64,000 nt of DNA from Sedimentisphaerales bacterium (GCA_963663965.2 CAXXFK010000032.1:1-64000); one strand, 5' to 3'; positions 34,601-45,031 are shown, counted from the first letter of the stretch. A program made the numbers and translations. The notes: generated from the letters alone by a model not told the origin.

Positions 34601-37600
34601 TTGACCGACCCTCCCCGCTCGGCCAGGATCAATCCTATAACCAGAATCAGGCTGTGACGATTCCTTCGGATACCCCGTCCGGTCAGTACTGGATTGTGGT
34701 GAAAGCCGATAGTGCCAACGCCATTCAGGAAACCAATGAAAACAACAATACTATTATTGACGGTCCTGTCGACATCAAACTGCTGCCGGAAATTGGCCCG
34801 ATGGCCGATCTGGATAGGATCGCCGGTAACGCTTATATCAGCGTCACGCCAACCCTGACCCAGGGCACTCCGCCAATCACCTGGTCACTGGTAGCCGGGC
34901 CCGACGGCGCACAAATCGATTCCGGAACCGGTGTAGTGACCTGGACAAATCCCGTAGTGCGTAAAGCGCCTTATACTTTTACCATTCAGGCCGGTAATGA
35001 CGGCGGTTCTGACCAGACCAGCTGGAAGCTGACAGTGGTCGATACGCCGGTTATTAACGCTATCCCTGATCATACGGTCTCCAGTGATCGTGTCTACAAC
35101 GGCCCGGTACCCACGCTGGAAACAGATATGGCAGTCACCTGGTCGCTGGTATCAGGACCTGATGGGATGACCATTAATCCGGAATTTGGCGTTGTCACCT
35201 GGTCCACACCGGTGACTTCAACGACACCTTATACGATTACAATCAAAGCGTCTAATATCGCCGGTAGCGATGAAGAAAGCTGGCAGATTCAGGTACTCGA
35301 CCAGCTTCAGATTGATCCGATTAACGACAGTCAGATTGCCGAAGGCGTCCCGTTCCAGGTTGACGCCAACCTGACTCAAGGCAGTGAACCGGTGACCTGG
35401 TCGCTGATTAACGCCCCGGCCGGTATGACCATTGACAATAATACCGGACTGATCAGCTGGCCGTCACCCGTCGCACGCATAGCGCCCTATGCCATAACGG
35501 TCCGCGCCGCCAATCCGGTGGGTTCTGTTGATGAAGCCTTTAATCTGACCGTGGTTCTGGCGCCATCCATCTATCCCATCGGTAACCAGACCGTTAATAT
35601 CGGCTCCTCTTACAAGAGCGCTCAACCGGAACTGCTGAAGCCCACGGCAGTCACCTGGGCGCTGGTGTCCGGTCCGGCCGGCATGACCATCAACACGGTA
35701 ACCGGTGTTCTCACCTGGTCGACTCCCGATCCCACCGGCAATCCTTATATTATAACCATCAGCGCGGCAAACGTGGCCGGCAGCGATGAAGAAAGCTGGC
35801 AGCTTTCCGTCCTGACGCCGCCGATTGTCGCGGATATTATCAACACACAGATTGTGGAGCATACTCCTTATTCTGTCATACCTTCCCTCTTACAAGGCAC
35901 GAATGTCGCCTGGTCACTGGTTCAGGCGCCGGACGAATCGGTTACGATCGATCCGGCTACCGGTGAACTGACCTGGCCGGATCCGGCTCCCAGACCCGAT
36001 CCTTACAAGATCATTATCCGGGCTTCCAATAACGAAGGTTTCGATCTGGAAGAATGGGATGTTACCGTGCTGACGATCCCGGTTATTCAGGATATTTCGG
36101 ACGCCAAAACGGCGACCGGCAAGCTGTATACTGGTCCCAAACCGCAGCTTCTGCCTCCCACCAATGTAGTCTGGTCGTTGGTGACCGGTCCGGCCGGCAT
36201 GACCATCAACCAGAACGATGGTAAAGTTTCGTGGCCCAGCCCGGTCAAAGAAGGACAGCCCTTCACCGTGACCATCGCGGCGACTAATGATGCTGGCAGC
36301 GATCAGGAAACCTGGCTGCTGGAAGTACTCGATACGCCTGAAATTGCCTCGATCGCTAATACGACAGTGGTTCAATTTACCCAGTATGCCTCGATCGTTC
36401 CCAGCCTGACCAAAGGACAGGATACAACGGTAACCTGGTCATTGGTTGATCGCCCGGCCGGGATGTCCATCGATCCGGCCACCGGTCAGGTCAGCTGGTC
36501 CAGCGCCATTCCGGGTACGGCTCCATATAAGATTACTATTCGGGCATCAAACGACGTTGGCTACGGTCAGCAAAGCTGGATGCTGGAGGTGCTCTCCTCA
36601 CCGGATATCAATGAAATCCCCAACAGCTCCGTTGCCACCAACTCGATCTATGCCGTTACGGCCACCCTGATCCGGGGCACCAAACCCGTAACCTGGTCCG
36701 TTGTCAGCGGCCCGGCCGGATTAACTATCGACAGCGCGACCGGGCATGTTGTCTGGTCCAATCCTTCCATGGCCGGTTCTCCATACGAAATCACCGTCCG
36801 GGCGACGAATAGTTACGGTCAGGATGATGAAACCTGGACATTAACCGTGATGGATATTCCTGATGTGGAACCCATGGCAGACGATGCCACTCCGGAAGGT
36901 TCCTCCTGGCAGCGTCAACCCAATCTGCTGGCCGGATCGTCACCCATTACCTGGACTCTGGCATCCGCGCCGGTGGGCATGACAATCAACACCACTACCG
37001 GAGCTCTCAACTGGGATAAGGCCGTGGCGACCCAAACGCCTTATACCATTTCCGTTCGAGCCAGTAACGCGGTTGGCAGTGATGTCGAATCCTTCAAGCT
37101 GGCAGTTCCGGTCACCTATACCGCAACGGTCCAGGCCGATATTGAACGGGAACCCAGCGGCACACCGGTGGTCTTTACCGGTTCGGCCACCTGGCTGCCT
37201 GACGGCCAGTCACCGGGTGAACCGGCGGCCAACGTCGATGTCAATATCCGTATTACGGTTCAGGGAACTACTCGTATCGTTAAAGTTAAATCCGATCTGA
37301 ACGGGCAGTTCACCCAGCAATGGCAACCGCTGGGTTCGGAAGCGGGTTATTATACGGTTACCGCCGATCATCCGGCCATCGTCAGTGAACCGACGGAAGA
37401 TGAGTTTATTCTGGTCGGCATGAAAGCCGAACCGATCGGCATGCGGCACCAGGTGAAAGTGGGCACACTCACAACGGGCAGCGTGATAATCCAGAACCTG
37501 GGGAATGTTCCACTAACCAGTATCACTCCCCAAATCAATAATGCCCCGGCGAATCTGGATATCCAGATTACCAACTGGCCGCAAAACCTCGACGGTCTGG

Positions 37601-40600
37601 GCACCGGCAGCATGGATTACACCATCGACGCAGCCGATGCTTCGGTTCGAGAAGCCATGCCGGAAATTCAACTGACCAGCTCCGAAGGCGGGACGGTCAT
37701 CTTACCGCTGGCAGTTCGGGTTACCTCTCCATTACCCAGCCTGGTGGCCAATCCCACCTCACTCAGCTCCGGTATGGTTCGCGGCAAACAGACCCTGATC
37801 CAGTTCCAGGTCACCAACCAGGGCAACTCCCCCACGGCTCAGCTGGATGTATTACTGCCATCGTCCTCCTGGCTTAAACTGGCTTCGCCGGCCGCCATCC
37901 CGCCGTTGCAGCCCGATGCGTCCGCCACGGTGATCCTGGCGCTGACACCCAGTGACGACCCGATCAATCCATTGCCATTGGGCATCTATGAAGGCACGAT
38001 CGCGGTGAACGGCCTGCAAACGGGCGTGTCCGTACCGTTTACCTTTAACAATGTCTCCGAAGGCCGTGGCGATCTGAAGATCATCTGTCGCGATGAATTC
38101 AGCTATCTCGCCGCGGACAAACCCATGCTGGCAGACGCGGTGGTCACGCTGACTGATCCGATCACCCGGCAGACCATCGATATTCAGGCCAGCGATGCGT
38201 CCGGTATTGTGGTCTTCAATAATCTCCAGGAAGCCTACTACGATGTCGAAGTCACTGCTGATGGCCATGGCGGATTTGGAACTACGGTGCTGGCCACCGC
38301 CGGTAAAGTGACCGAAGTCGAGGCCTTCCTGGCTCGTCAGACGGTGACTTATAACTGGACGGTCAAACCCACGGTAATCGAGGACCGCTATATCTTTACC
38401 ATTGAGGCGGTCTTCGAAACCAATGTGCCGGTACCGGTCGTCACCGTCGAACCGGCCCTGCTCGATCTGGAAGCCATGGAAGTCGACCAGATGCAGGTTG
38501 ATTATACCATTACCAACCACGGTCTGATTACCGCCGAGGATGTCGATATTGTCTTTGGCGATACCAACCTGTTTAGCTTTACCCCGCTGGTCGATGTGAT
38601 TGGCGATATCCCGGCCCAGAGTTCGGTGACGGTTCCGGTGATTGTCACCAAGCTCAGTGGCAACCAGGACACGGTCCGCTCCTTTGGTGAGAATGCCTCA
38701 ACCAGCCCGGCTGTGGATTGCGTCACCAAAATGGTCTCGTTCGTTGGCTATACCTATGAATGCGGCCCGGACCATCGCTGGCACCGGGTACCGTTCTACT
38801 TCCGTTTCCCCGTTACCATCTGTACCGGTACCGGTGGTCCCGGTGGTGGCGGCGGATATCCCATCGGGGGTGGCGGCGGTATCTGGGGCGGCGCCTGGGG
38901 GCCTGGCGGCGGTTGGTCGCCGGATGTCCCGGTCCTGACCCATGATGACTTCGAAATCGAAGAATCCTGTAATCCGTGCGCCAACGAGATCCTCAAACAG
39001 GTGCTGAACTGTGCGTTGAGCTTCCTGCCCCTGGATTGCGGCACGACGATTATCAAGAGTGTTTACGAATGCGCTTCGGCATGCAGCACCAGCTTTGATT
39101 TCAATTGCGCGAAAAGCTGCGTGGGTGGCGCTTTGAGTACCATCATCAGTTGCGGCGGCGACGCGGCCAAGAAACTCGGCCCGTGGGGTATCGCCTGGAA
39201 TGTCTTCTGGTGTTCGTACGATATTACCTCCGCCATTATTGGTGATAAATGTATCGACCTGTACGGCTCCGGCTCCGGTGGCAGTTCACCGGCCCCTGCC
39301 AATCGTCTGGACACCCTCTCCGATCAATTGCTATTGGCCGACGATAATCCTCTTACTGATAGCGGGGTTGGACCCTCGGTCTTTTATCTGCAGGAACAGG
39401 CCCTCCGGCTCCAGCGGATGATCGCGCCCATGATGGAAATCTTTGGCGAAGTCTGGTTCCAGGGCGTCGAAAGTGATGAAGAAAGCGTGAAATTCGCCAA
39501 CTTCATGATCGCCTTCGAAAGCGCCACCAAAGATGAAAGTGACGAAGCCGGAATCATCTCGCTCGATGAGGCCCACACCCTCCGTAATATGCCCCTGCCG
39601 ATCCAGACGACCGCCGAGGATGTCGATATCCTCGTCGAACGTTGGAACCGGACCATGATGTATTGGGAACAGGGTATTACCACAGTCGATCAGGTACCGG
39701 AAGGCCTGAGCACCGATTTCATCGATTATTCGGTCTATACCGAATTGCTCGATGACGCTCAGGTCGCCATCGATGAACATATGGCCGAAGGCTATACCGA
39801 TCTGCTCGAAGGGGTTAATTACGCCCGCAATGTCCTCCAGCAGAAACTGGAAGAACCGGATGAAGGCGTTTGTGCCCGTGTCAAGATCCGCATCGAACAG
39901 GAAGCGGTCATCAGTCGCAACGCCTTTGAAGCGGTTCTCGAACTGGGCAACGAAGGGCCTGAGTCGCTGACCGATATCCATGTGACGATCGATATCCGCG
40001 ATGAAGATGGCAACCCCAGCAATGACTATTTCGGCATTCATCCGCCGGATACCACTGGTTTAACCGGTGAGTTCGGTAGTTGGGCGCTGGCCGGCAATAG
40101 CCAGGGAACCGCATCCTGGATCATTGTCCCCAACCAACTGGCGGCGCCGACCGAACCCAAGCAATACTATGTCCGCGGTATTTTGAATTATACCCTCAGC
40201 GGCTCGCAGGTCTCGATACCGCTCTATCCGGCGCCTATCACTGTATTGCCGAATCCCAACCTGGTGGTGAAATACTTCCTCGAGCGCGATGTCTATAGCG
40301 ATGACCCGTTCACACCGGATGTGGTCGAACCGGCGATTCCGTTCTCGCTGGGTCTGATGATGACCAACACCGGCGCCGGTATTGCCAACAATGTCCGGAT
40401 TACCTCATCGCAACCGGAGATTATCGAAAACGAAAAAGGTCTTCTGATCGATTTCGAAATCATCAGCTCGCGAGTGGGAACCGAAGAAGTCTCCCCCTCC
40501 CTGACTGTTAACCTGGGTGACATCGATCCGGGCGCTTCCAAAGTGGCCCAGTGGCTCATGATCTCCTCGTTGCAAGGCAAGTTTGTGGAATACTCCGCCA

Positions 40601-41979
40601 GCTTCGAACACGTCGACGGTCTGGGCGACCCGCGCCTGAGTCTGGTCGAATCGGTGGAAATCCACGAAACCGAACATGTCGTGCGTGTGGATAATCCGAT
40701 TGAGGATGACGCACTGCCTGACTTCCTGACCAACGATAAACCGGACATTGATGACCTGCCCGACAAGCTCCACCTGAGCGACGGCACCGTTGAACCGGTA
40801 AGTGCGGTCACCGAATCGCTGTTAGCCGGTCCGGCTATCGATGGCGGCATTTACACCTATCAGCTCCAGGTGGATATGCCTGCCGGCTGGACTTATGTCA
40901 GAGTTCCCGATCCGGCCAATAACCAGTATCAACTGGTATCGGTCACGCGTGTCTCCGACGGCCAACCCATCCGGGTGACCGACAACGCCTGGACTACCCA
41001 CAAAGTCGTTCGCAAACAAGGCCAGAGTCCCTACGATGAGAACCTGTTCCATCTGTTCGATTACGGCCTGGGTGTTACCGAAACCTACACCGTCACCTAT
41101 ACCCTGTTCGATACCGAAGTCCCGCAGGCTCAGGCGCTGGTCATCGATGATATCGTTAATGTCAGCACCAACGCGCTGGACTTTGCCATCGTTTATTCCG
41201 ATGATGTCGCCATCGACGGCGCCAGCTTCAATTCCAGGGATATCCGGGTCACCGGACCGCATGGCTTCAATCAGCTGGCCAAATTCATTGGTGTCGATGT
41301 GCTGGGTAACGGCTCGCCGCGAACGGCCACCTATCGGATCACCCCGCCGGATGGCTCCTGGAATTTCGCGGATAACGGCGAGTATACCCTCTCGATGGAA
41401 CCCGGCCAGGTCTTTGATACCAGCGCCAATACCATTCCGGCAGGCACTCTGACCACGTTCAATGTCAATATCGTGCCGGACTGTGATGTCCAGCTGGTCT
41501 CCTGGAACCTGATCAAATCGATCCGGGTCAGCCGCAATGTTTATCAGTATGAATACAGCATTACCTTGCGTAACAACTGCGTCTATGACATCTATGATGT
41601 GCTGTTCGACATCACCGACGGCCCGTCCAATGTCTGGGTACTGATCAACCGCAACAAGGCTTCGTTCGATGTCCTGCCGGCCAACAGTACGTTGACCAGT
41701 TCCGGCACGTTGATCCTGCAAGTCGATCACAGTTCGCCGTTTGACTTGGCCGATCTCGACTGGCAGTTGCTCTCGATTTGTCGTCAGCCCGACTTCAACA
41801 AAGATCTGGTTATCGATCTGACCGACCTGCAATACCTGATCGACGTCTGGCTGACCGATGACGCAACCGGCGATATCGCCCCGCTGACCGAAGGCGACGG
41901 CGTTGTCAATACCATTGACTTCGCGCTCCTGTCACGCTGCTGGCTCAACAACCTGATGAATCCTTACTTCATGAAGTAA
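31642..41979 (+). CDS. Giant secreted/surface protein (3445 aa): PA14-like, CARDB, Ig/PKD, nine putative-Ig repeats, Cys-rich region, dockerin-like C-terminus
   Basis: Uninterrupted ORF with GGGAG RBS and signal peptide; CARDB-like PDLQV...DNIYLS...EDNN; tandem TWSLV.GP.GMTI...G...W repeats; C-terminal PDFNKDLVIDLTDL...WL. Confidence 0.88.
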   Translation: MITNKGSGNVSGQKFSAITWLVVFLLSLTGSWCSGVAVPLSEAVTTVIPSVNGVGVFCEIYLGVGGGYPAPATIASRTPNADLLSPVVDFPSTGNDVSIGSSFQAFFNNTIYAPDAVRNLNPSGFILKGIANLKITQDLDINTATPEIDIQIRIGCDDGHYLVVGNQFLGNSPDHAFTWYAYPLTFEGPGLYPLYFLFSANNAGVSGLELQWQIPSGWQVIPQSALYQSTAGCEQQILFEEYAAGTPLTDQYSSQGALFTTLSGNIQITDAFPLKFVPVSGDRVLADPTESPTEEGLVAIHFVDPVTGHAAITNYFSCYVIDAESTGATITAYGPDGSVLDSVSVIDAGGGAAQVPVEINTPGIFEIVASLGIGSDTSALDNLCWSIPASINLPDLQVVFDSAPSSAYASLSIPITCTVTNHGDLTGVSTWSDNIYLSSDQTLDGSDILLATRINNTPLDLNESYVINESIPLPDNVDGEFYLIVYTDADDAVEEYTLEDNNQQNSNVMTIVIDNVGPSITNHTPKGLIKAAVDFIDLTFSEPIQSLSFDTDDILLTNPGGNPVTIDSITDQGGNTWRMSFSPQSATGQYDLSVGPDILDIATNPMAEAYTGSFWVNASDEDDVVFISVSGGYNADGVHFHQTVADAGANTTYFLLNSSSQSTIADYIIANVATIDQIWIYDLSSGSDGYNTAYQAIANWFDASRHQIICDGRIISSYWSNRYQNEGKRLSQNYYENLKLNGGGIFLGTDHNAYHSGINTINSNIGINPFVGNFSLTKIPVDTQSPLMTYPNYMGTELFDDSSPGQTPYGLQPNGMILYSLAWHSGNVNTPGISTTIEGLVGFHVDINQPANNATFLVTDTIHFAASSVNAGGTVTYTWTSSLDGELGQGQTLDTTLSPGAHTITLLGEDSGTAGADTEIISITVNDLPDLQISNLTTDTQTYAGKSLNIGWMVTNTRSKAAAAAWRDSVYLSADNQAGDDILLANVDRPSPLGQDQSYNQNQAVTIPSDTPSGQYWIVVKADSANAIQETNENNNTIIDGPVDIKLLPEIGPMADLDRIAGNAYISVTPTLTQGTPPITWSLVAGPDGAQIDSGTGVVTWTNPVVRKAPYTFTIQAGNDGGSDQTSWKLTVVDTPVINAIPDHTVSSDRVYNGPVPTLETDMAVTWSLVSGPDGMTINPEFGVVTWSTPVTSTTPYTITIKASNIAGSDEESWQIQVLDQLQIDPINDSQIAEGVPFQVDANLTQGSEPVTWSLINAPAGMTIDNNTGLISWPSPVARIAPYAITVRAANPVGSVDEAFNLTVVLAPSIYPIGNQTVNIGSSYKSAQPELLKPTAVTWALVSGPAGMTINTVTGVLTWSTPDPTGNPYIITISAANVAGSDEESWQLSVLTPPIVADIINTQIVEHTPYSVIPSLLQGTNVAWSLVQAPDESVTIDPATGELTWPDPAPRPDPYKIIIRASNNEGFDLEEWDVTVLTIPVIQDISDAKTATGKLYTGPKPQLLPPTNVVWSLVTGPAGMTINQNDGKVSWPSPVKEGQPFTVTIAATNDAGSDQETWLLEVLDTPEIASIANTTVVQFTQYASIVPSLTKGQDTTVTWSLVDRPAGMSIDPATGQVSWSSAIPGTAPYKITIRASNDVGYGQQSWMLEVLSSPDINEIPNSSVATNSIYAVTATLIRGTKPVTWSVVSGPAGLTIDSATGHVVWSNPSMAGSPYEITVRATNSYGQDDETWTLTVMDIPDVEPMADDATPEGSSWQRQPNLLAGSSPITWTLASAPVGMTINTTTGALNWDKAVATQTPYTISVRASNAVGSDVESFKLAVPVTYTATVQADIEREPSGTPVVFTGSATWLPDGQSPGEPAANVDVNIRITVQGTTRIVKVKSDLNGQFTQQWQPLGSEAGYYTVTADHPAIVSEPTEDEFILVGMKAEPIGMRHQVKVGTLTTGSVIIQNLGNVPLTSITPQINNAPANLDIQITNWPQNLDGLGTGSMDYTIDAADASVREAMPEIQLTSSEGGTVILPLAVRVTSPLPSLVANPTSLSSGMVRGKQTLIQFQVTNQGNSPTAQLDVLLPSSSWLKLASPAAIPPLQPDASATVILALTPSDDPINPLPLGIYEGTIAVNGLQTGVSVPFTFNNVSEGRGDLKIICRDEFSYLAADKPMLADAVVTLTDPITRQTIDIQASDASGIVVFNNLQEAYYDVEVTADGHGGFGTTVLATAGKVTEVEAFLARQTVTYNWTVKPTVIEDRYIFTIEAVFETNVPVPVVTVEPALLDLEAMEVDQMQVDYTITNHGLITAEDVDIVFGDTNLFSFTPLVDVIGDIPAQSSVTVPVIVTKLSGNQDTVRSFGENASTSPAVDCVTKMVSFVGYTYECGPDHRWHRVPFYFRFPVTICTGTGGPGGGGGYPIGGGGGIWGGAWGPGGGWSPDVPVLTHDDFEIEESCNPCANEILKQVLNCALSFLPLDCGTTIIKSVYECASACSTSFDFNCAKSCVGGALSTIISCGGDAAKKLGPWGIAWNVFWCSYDITSAIIGDKCIDLYGSGSGGSSPAPANRLDTLSDQLLLADDNPLTDSGVGPSVFYLQEQALRLQRMIAPMMEIFGEVWFQGVESDEESVKFANFMIAFESATKDESDEAGIISLDEAHTLRNMPLPIQTTAEDVDILVERWNRTMMYWEQGITTVDQVPEGLSTDFIDYSVYTELLDDAQVAIDEHMAEGYTDLLEGVNYARNVLQQKLEEPDEGVCARVKIRIEQEAVISRNAFEAVLELGNEGPESLTDIHVTIDIRDEDGNPSNDYFGIHPPDTTGLTGEFGSWALAGNSQGTASWIIVPNQLAAPTEPKQYYVRGILNYTLSGSQVSIPLYPAPITVLPNPNLVVKYFLERDVYSDDPFTPDVVEPAIPFSLGLMMTNTGAGIANNVRITSSQPEIIENEKGLLIDFEIISSRVGTEEVSPSLTVNLGDIDPGASKVAQWLMISSLQGKFVEYSASFEHVDGLGDPRLSLVESVEIHETEHVVRVDNPIEDDALPDFLTNDKPDIDDLPDKLHLSDGTVEPVSAVTESLLAGPAIDGGIYTYQLQVDMPAGWTYVRVPDPANNQYQLVSVTRVSDGQPIRVTDNAWTTHKVVRKQGQSPYDENLFHLFDYGLGVTETYTVTYTLFDTEVPQAQALVIDDIVNVSTNALDFAIVYSDDVAIDGASFNSRDIRVTGPHGFNQLAKFIGVDVLGNGSPRTATYRITPPDGSWNFADNGEYTLSMEPGQVFDTSANTIPAGTLTTFNVNIVPDCDVQLVSWNLIKSIRVSRNVYQYEYSITLRNNCVYDIYDVLFDITDGPSNVWVLINRNKASFDVLPANSTLTSSGTLILQVDHSSPFDLADLDWQLLSICRQPDFNKDLVIDLTDLQYLIDVWLTDDATGDIAPLTEGDGVVNTIDFALLSRCWLNNLMNPYFMK
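34786..37110 (+). repeat. Nine tandem ~86-aa putative-Ig/cadherin-like repeats within the giant protein
   Basis: P.I..I.D...TWSLV.GP.GMTI...TG...W..P....PY.ITI.A.N..G.D.E.W.L.V units counted in the translation. Confidence 0.85.
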
Positions 41980-42006
41980 GGCGCGTTCACCCTGAACAAC
42001 CAATAG

Positions 42007-42049
42007 AAAAGCCCGTTTCGGTTCTGTCCGGAACGGGCTTCTTTTTTTT
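42007..42049. terminator. Bidirectional Rho-independent terminator
   Basis: AAGCCCGTT / AACGGGCTT stem with A- and T-tracts between convergent genes. Confidence 0.8.
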
Positions 42050-42078
42050 ATTGAGAATGGCAGGGTTTCATTCACCCA

Positions 42079-43323
42079 TTATTTGGATACATCCACGCAG
42101 GCCACTTCGCCCACTTCATTGCGAATAAAAATCTTGCCGTTGGCCAGTACCGGCACCGTCCAGCAGTTTTTTCGGGACAAAATACTGGCTTTTGCCAGTT
42201 CCTGATACCCGGTTGTCACGGCCTGGGCAATCACCAGTTCGCTTTTGTCGCTGCTCAGGATCAGTCGACCATCGCTGCACATCATGACCGCGCCCTTGCC
42301 CAGTGATTTTTCGGACCAGCTTTCGGCGCTATCCAGCGCCTTGATGCATTTGAGCTGGTTTTCATCGAAACCGTAAAGGTAACCCTGGTAGAGTACGGAT
42401 GAGTTCATATGATTCCGCATACTCCGGTTATCCCAGATGTTCTGCGGCTGACCGCCGGCGACTTTAAAGAGCCCGCAACCCCGGTTATAACCCGACGACA
42501 CAAACACATAATCATCGAATGGAATCGGATCCGCCGCATTCACACTATGCTGGGTCTTCCATTCGAATTTCCAGAGTATCGCGCCGTCCGCTTGTGCGAC
42601 ACAATAAAAATTCTGTTCGCCGCTTATCAACAATGCGGCCTTGCCTTGATATTCGTAAGGGACCGGTGTAGTATATCCGCATACTCCCTTACCATTCGAC
42701 CAGACGTAATCGCCGGTTTTCTTATCCAGCGCCACACCCGCCGTTCCCATATTTAAATAAACCCGGTCCCCCAGCACGACCGGCGATCCGGAAATATGCC
42801 AGGTGGGTATCCCATAACCATCTTTGCCCAGATGCTTGCTCCAGACCGGCTTGCCATCCGCCAGGTTCAGGCAGAACAATTCGCCTTCCTTGCTGAGTGA
42901 ATACACCCGGTTGCCGTCAATGGTCGGGGTGCTCAACGTGCCACCAATATAATACTTGGCATGCAGCGGACAGGAATATTTATGGGTCCACAGGATATCC
43001 CCTGAATTGACATCAAAACAGAATACCGTATCGGTATCGCTGGGATTGCCATGCTTGGTCTTGCCATCATTGCCCATCGTGATCGCTTTATTCCCGGCAG
43101 CAGCAAACGCCGAAAAGCCCGTCCCGACATCATTCTTCCACAACACTTTCGGCCCATCCCCACGCCACACTTTCCAGTTGGTCTCCTGGCTGATCCCGTT
43201 ATGGTCCGGCCCGCGATATACCGGCCAGTCATTGGCCTGAGCATGGTTTAAGCACACCAATAATATGGTAAAAATTATTGCAATTTGAACAGTCTTATGT
43301 GTGTTTTTCATAGCCATCTCCAT
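42079..43323 (-). CDS. PQQ-binding-like (BamB-type) beta-propeller protein
   Basis: Signal peptide, DWPVYRGPDHNGIS, STPTIDGNRVY, ALDKKTG..VW, WTVPVLANGKIFIRN. Confidence 0.85.
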   Translation of the reverse strand: MEMAMKNTHKTVQIAIIFTILLVCLNHAQANDWPVYRGPDHNGISQETNWKVWRGDGPKVLWKNDVGTGFSAFAAAGNKAITMGNDGKTKHGNPSDTDTVFCFDVNSGDILWTHKYSCPLHAKYYIGGTLSTPTIDGNRVYSLSKEGELFCLNLADGKPVWSKHLGKDGYGIPTWHISGSPVVLGDRVYLNMGTAGVALDKKTGDYVWSNGKGVCGYTTPVPYEYQGKAALLISGEQNFYCVAQADGAILWKFEWKTQHSVNAADPIPFDDYVFVSSGYNRGCGLFKVAGGQPQNIWDNRSMRNHMNSSVLYQGYLYGFDENQLKCIKALDSAESWSEKSLGKGAVMMCSDGRLILSSDKSELVIAQAVTTGYQELAKASILSRKNCWTVPVLANGKIFIRNEVGEVACVDVSK

Positions 43324-43528
43324 TAAATATGTTTTACATTAATCATCCTGATACGTTACAAGGTTATACTTGAAATTCACAAAATGTCAATCCACCCCCA
43401 CAAACCTTTATATAGACTACAGTTACAATACTTTCCCTGTCACTCACTCAGTCTCCATCACCGCAGTGCAACAATCCATAAAGCAACGAATATAATTCAG
43501 ACAATATTGCTTCCACCCACACAACCAT

Positions 43529-43555
43529 AAAAAAAGGCGCCCCTATTGGCGCCCC
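43529..43555 (-). terminator. Probable terminator downstream of the phosphomannomutase
   Basis: GGCGCC-N6-GGCGCC hairpin followed by a T-tract on the minus strand. Confidence 0.5.
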
Positions 43556-43587
43556 TGTGATTCATTTCAACGAACGATCGCTCTGGA

Positions 43588-44967
43588 TCAATGATCCACC
43601 GGCTCACCCAGCACAGCCTTGATCTCTGCCATTTTTACCTTCAATAACTCAGGATCCCTGGCTTCCAGGTTCAAACGCAGTAACGGCTCGGTATTGCTCG
43701 CCCGCAGGTTGAACCACCAGTCTTTCAACTGCACCGTCACGCCATCGAGCCGGTCGACTTCGGCGCCCGGATACTTGCCGGCCATGGTCTCCATCATGCC
43801 CTTCTTATCTTCCACTTCAAAATTCATTTCGCCGCTGACGCTGTACCGTTTCAACGGGTCGATAATCGTGCTCAATGGCTTCTTGACTTCTGACAGGATA
43901 TTGAGCATGTGAACCAGCGTAATCATGCCGCTGTCGGCGAAAAAGTTGTCACGATAGTAAAAATGCCCGCTCAACTCACCCCCAAAAACACCCTTGCTGT
44001 CCTTCAGCGTCTTTTTCATAAACGAATGTCCCACCCGTTCACGACGGGGCACACCGCCATGCTTCAGGATCTCTTCCTTAACCACCCAGCTGGACCGCAG
44101 ATCATAAACCACCGCCGAGCCCGGACTCTTCTTCAGAAAGTATCCCGCCAGCAGCGCTGTCAGAATATCGCAGCCCACAGTCTGGCCTTTCTCATCCACC
44201 ATCACCAGCCGGTCCGCGTCCCCATCGAAGCACACACCAAAATCCGCGCCCTTATCCAGAATCGTCTGCTTCAATTCCGCCAGGTTCATCTCCACCAGCG
44301 GATTGGGCTCATGTTTAAAAGTACCATCGGTCTCCATATTCAACAAGGTCATATCGACATCCCAATCGCCAAACAGCAAAGGCACCCATTTGCCGGCCAT
44401 CCCGTTGGATGCGTCCACCACCATCTTAAGCCGTTTGCCGTTGGGATTCAAAAAACTGCGCACATGCCGGCGATACGCCTCGGTCAGGTCCATTTCCGTC
44501 ACCGTTCCCTGTCCCGCCGATTCGGTATGACGCAATGACATCGCAATGTGCTTGATATCCTTCAGTCCCGTATCGCTGCCGATCGGCCGGGCGTGCTGGC
44601 CGCAAATCTTGAAGCCATTGTATTTCGCCGGATTATGGCTCGCGGTCACCTGGACACCGCCACAGGCGCCCAGGTGATTCACGGCGAAATAAATCTGCGG
44701 GGTATCGATCATGCCCACCTTAATGACATTGGCGCCCGAGCCGGTGATTCCTTCGATCAGCGCCTGGGTCAGGGACGGGCTGTGCGTCCGCATATCATGC
44801 CCCACCACCACACACTGGCTGTTGGCCTGGCCCCGGTCATAACCCTGTAACAGCGACCGCAGAAACTGTGCCGTGCCATGGCCGATCTTCCAGGCCGCCT
44901 CTTCATCAAACTGCTCGCCATAAATCCCACGGATATCGTATGCTTTAAAGATTTTTTCATCCATCAT
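43588..44967 (-). CDS. manB: Phosphomannomutase/phosphoglucomutase
   Basis: FKAYDIRG, TASHNP (phospho-Ser), FDGDADR, GGELSGH, RASNTEP. Confidence 0.92.
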   Translation of the reverse strand: MMDEKIFKAYDIRGIYGEQFDEEAAWKIGHGTAQFLRSLLQGYDRGQANSQCVVVGHDMRTHSPSLTQALIEGITGSGANVIKVGMIDTPQIYFAVNHLGACGGVQVTASHNPAKYNGFKICGQHARPIGSDTGLKDIKHIAMSLRHTESAGQGTVTEMDLTEAYRRHVRSFLNPNGKRLKMVVDASNGMAGKWVPLLFGDWDVDMTLLNMETDGTFKHEPNPLVEMNLAELKQTILDKGADFGVCFDGDADRLVMVDEKGQTVGCDILTALLAGYFLKKSPGSAVVYDLRSSWVVKEEILKHGGVPRRERVGHSFMKKTLKDSKGVFGGELSGHFYYRDNFFADSGMITLVHMLNILSEVKKPLSTIIDPLKRYSVSGEMNFEVEDKKGMMETMAGKYPGAEVDRLDGVTVQLKDWWFNLRASNTEPLLRLNLEARDPELLKVKMAEIKAVLGEPVDH

Positions 44968-45031
44968 AACAGAAAACCTTTCGCAATATTTTTAAAACGG
45001 ATTCGATACACGCCGGTATCGGTTATTGTTA

